Source of the DNA: Okamejei kenojei
Lineage: Eukaryota
Direction: 5' to 3'
Length of the DNA: 64,000 nt
Assembly: GCA_035221665.1 (NCBI GenBank)
Contig: CM069143.1
Coordinates: 10,044,001 to 10,108,000 of the forward strand
The stretch's first letter is position 1. The number at the start of each line of letters is the position of its first letter. Shown one piece after another: positions 63,011 to 64,000 of the stretch. The notes below the pieces were generated by a model. The model was not told the DNA's origin and did no database searches. It saw only the letters and a list, made by a program, of their open reading frames with translations. The translations under genes and the position numbers were made by a program.

Positions 63011-63669
63011 GTAAGTCCTAAAGACATTATAGGAACCCCTTTCTAAATGAAAGGAAACACAAGCTGTAATTATTTTGATAAATGTTCTTATTTACAGAAG
63101 CCAACATTGAGCATTTGTATTGATTCTCTTCAGTGGCTAAGGACTGGAGCTTTGGGAGGGGTAAGGCCAAAGAGAGCTCAGTTGAAATGTGCCCACTTCT
63201 TATCACCGTTGTCAGAATGATTGGCCTCTTAGGAGAATGCAAACTGATCATGGGCTTTCCCCAGTCTCTACTGATCCGTTAAAAACACTCACTAGAAAAG
63301 GTATTGTTTAATGGCCAGTGAAGAGAACAGTCACATTGACGCTGATCTGCCAGCATTGGTTGATGATCTGGAGAGAATATTGAGTTTCATAGGCTTGCTA
63401 ATACAGATAGATATTCATTAAGCCAGCTGCTCATGGAAAAGTAAGAGAAATTCGCAGAACCGATCCCTTTTGCCTCATCCCTGATCCTTTTAACATTAAT
63501 GTTGAAACAGGTGTATTACAATAGTAGTATAGACGTTGAATCTTCCTCTTGAGCTGAGACCTGTTTTGTGGAGTATGTTTTATTTTGTCAAAACATATTT
63601 GAAGCACATTTGCCTGACCGAGTAAATTCTCTGGACTGTCCTGTTGAGTCTCATTGTCTGTAATCGTTC

Positions 63670-63895
63670 TCACCTAACAAACAGCCAACAATAGCCTGTT
63701 TCCTTTATCTTCGTTACTTTTTTGCATATCTTTTATTTCGTTTGTTCTATATCTCTCCATATCACCATCGATATCTCTCATTTCTCTTTCCCCTGACTCT
63801 CAGTCTGAAGAAGGGTCTCGACTTGAAAAGTCACCAATTCCTTTTCTCTAGAGATTCTGTCTGACCCGCTGAGTTACTCCAGCGTTTTGTGTTTG
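63670..63895 (+). mobile_element. Penelope-like repeat with hammerhead-like core
   Basis: cagtctgaagaagggtctcgacttgaaaagtcacc...tgacccgctgagttactccagc. Confidence 0.7.
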
Positions 63896-64000
63896 TCTGG
63901 CAACTTGCAATCATACTGTGCCTCAAAGTTGGTAAATCACAATGTGCAAGGTAAGGGAAGAAAGAATATTGGGAACCAACGGTTTGGGGAGTGAGTTCCA

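Overview
Eukaryotic, AT-rich, repeat-dense intronic or intergenic DNA, most likely from an elasmobranch (shark/skate/ray), inferred from many HE1-type V-SINEs and HER1/CR1 LINE tails. I recognise no intact host protein-coding gene and most listed ORFs are spurious. The window holds: about 11 tRNA-derived V-SINEs; CR1, Rex1/Babar, L2, Tx1 and RTE-type non-LTR fragments; a decayed DIRS tyrosine-recombinase retrotransposon with intact termini and internal complementary region (36143-39944, minus strand); several non-autonomous DNA transposons (P-like, hAT-like, Harbinger-like); and a dispersed short Penelope-like repeat carrying minimal hammerhead-ribozyme cores. Best leads: (1) a 2.8-kb TIR element with a 6-bp TSD carrying a TDP2-exon-1-like fragment; (2) the DIRS apparently integrated at a site homologous to its own circle junction, with a Harbinger element later inserted at its terminus; (3) the hammerhead-bearing repeats, including one intact-core copy with an 18-bp TSD and several fold-back copies; (4) an inversion-plus-deletion inside the DIRS recombinase. 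Family assignments are from recalled motifs, not database searches; boundaries of old repeats are approximate.
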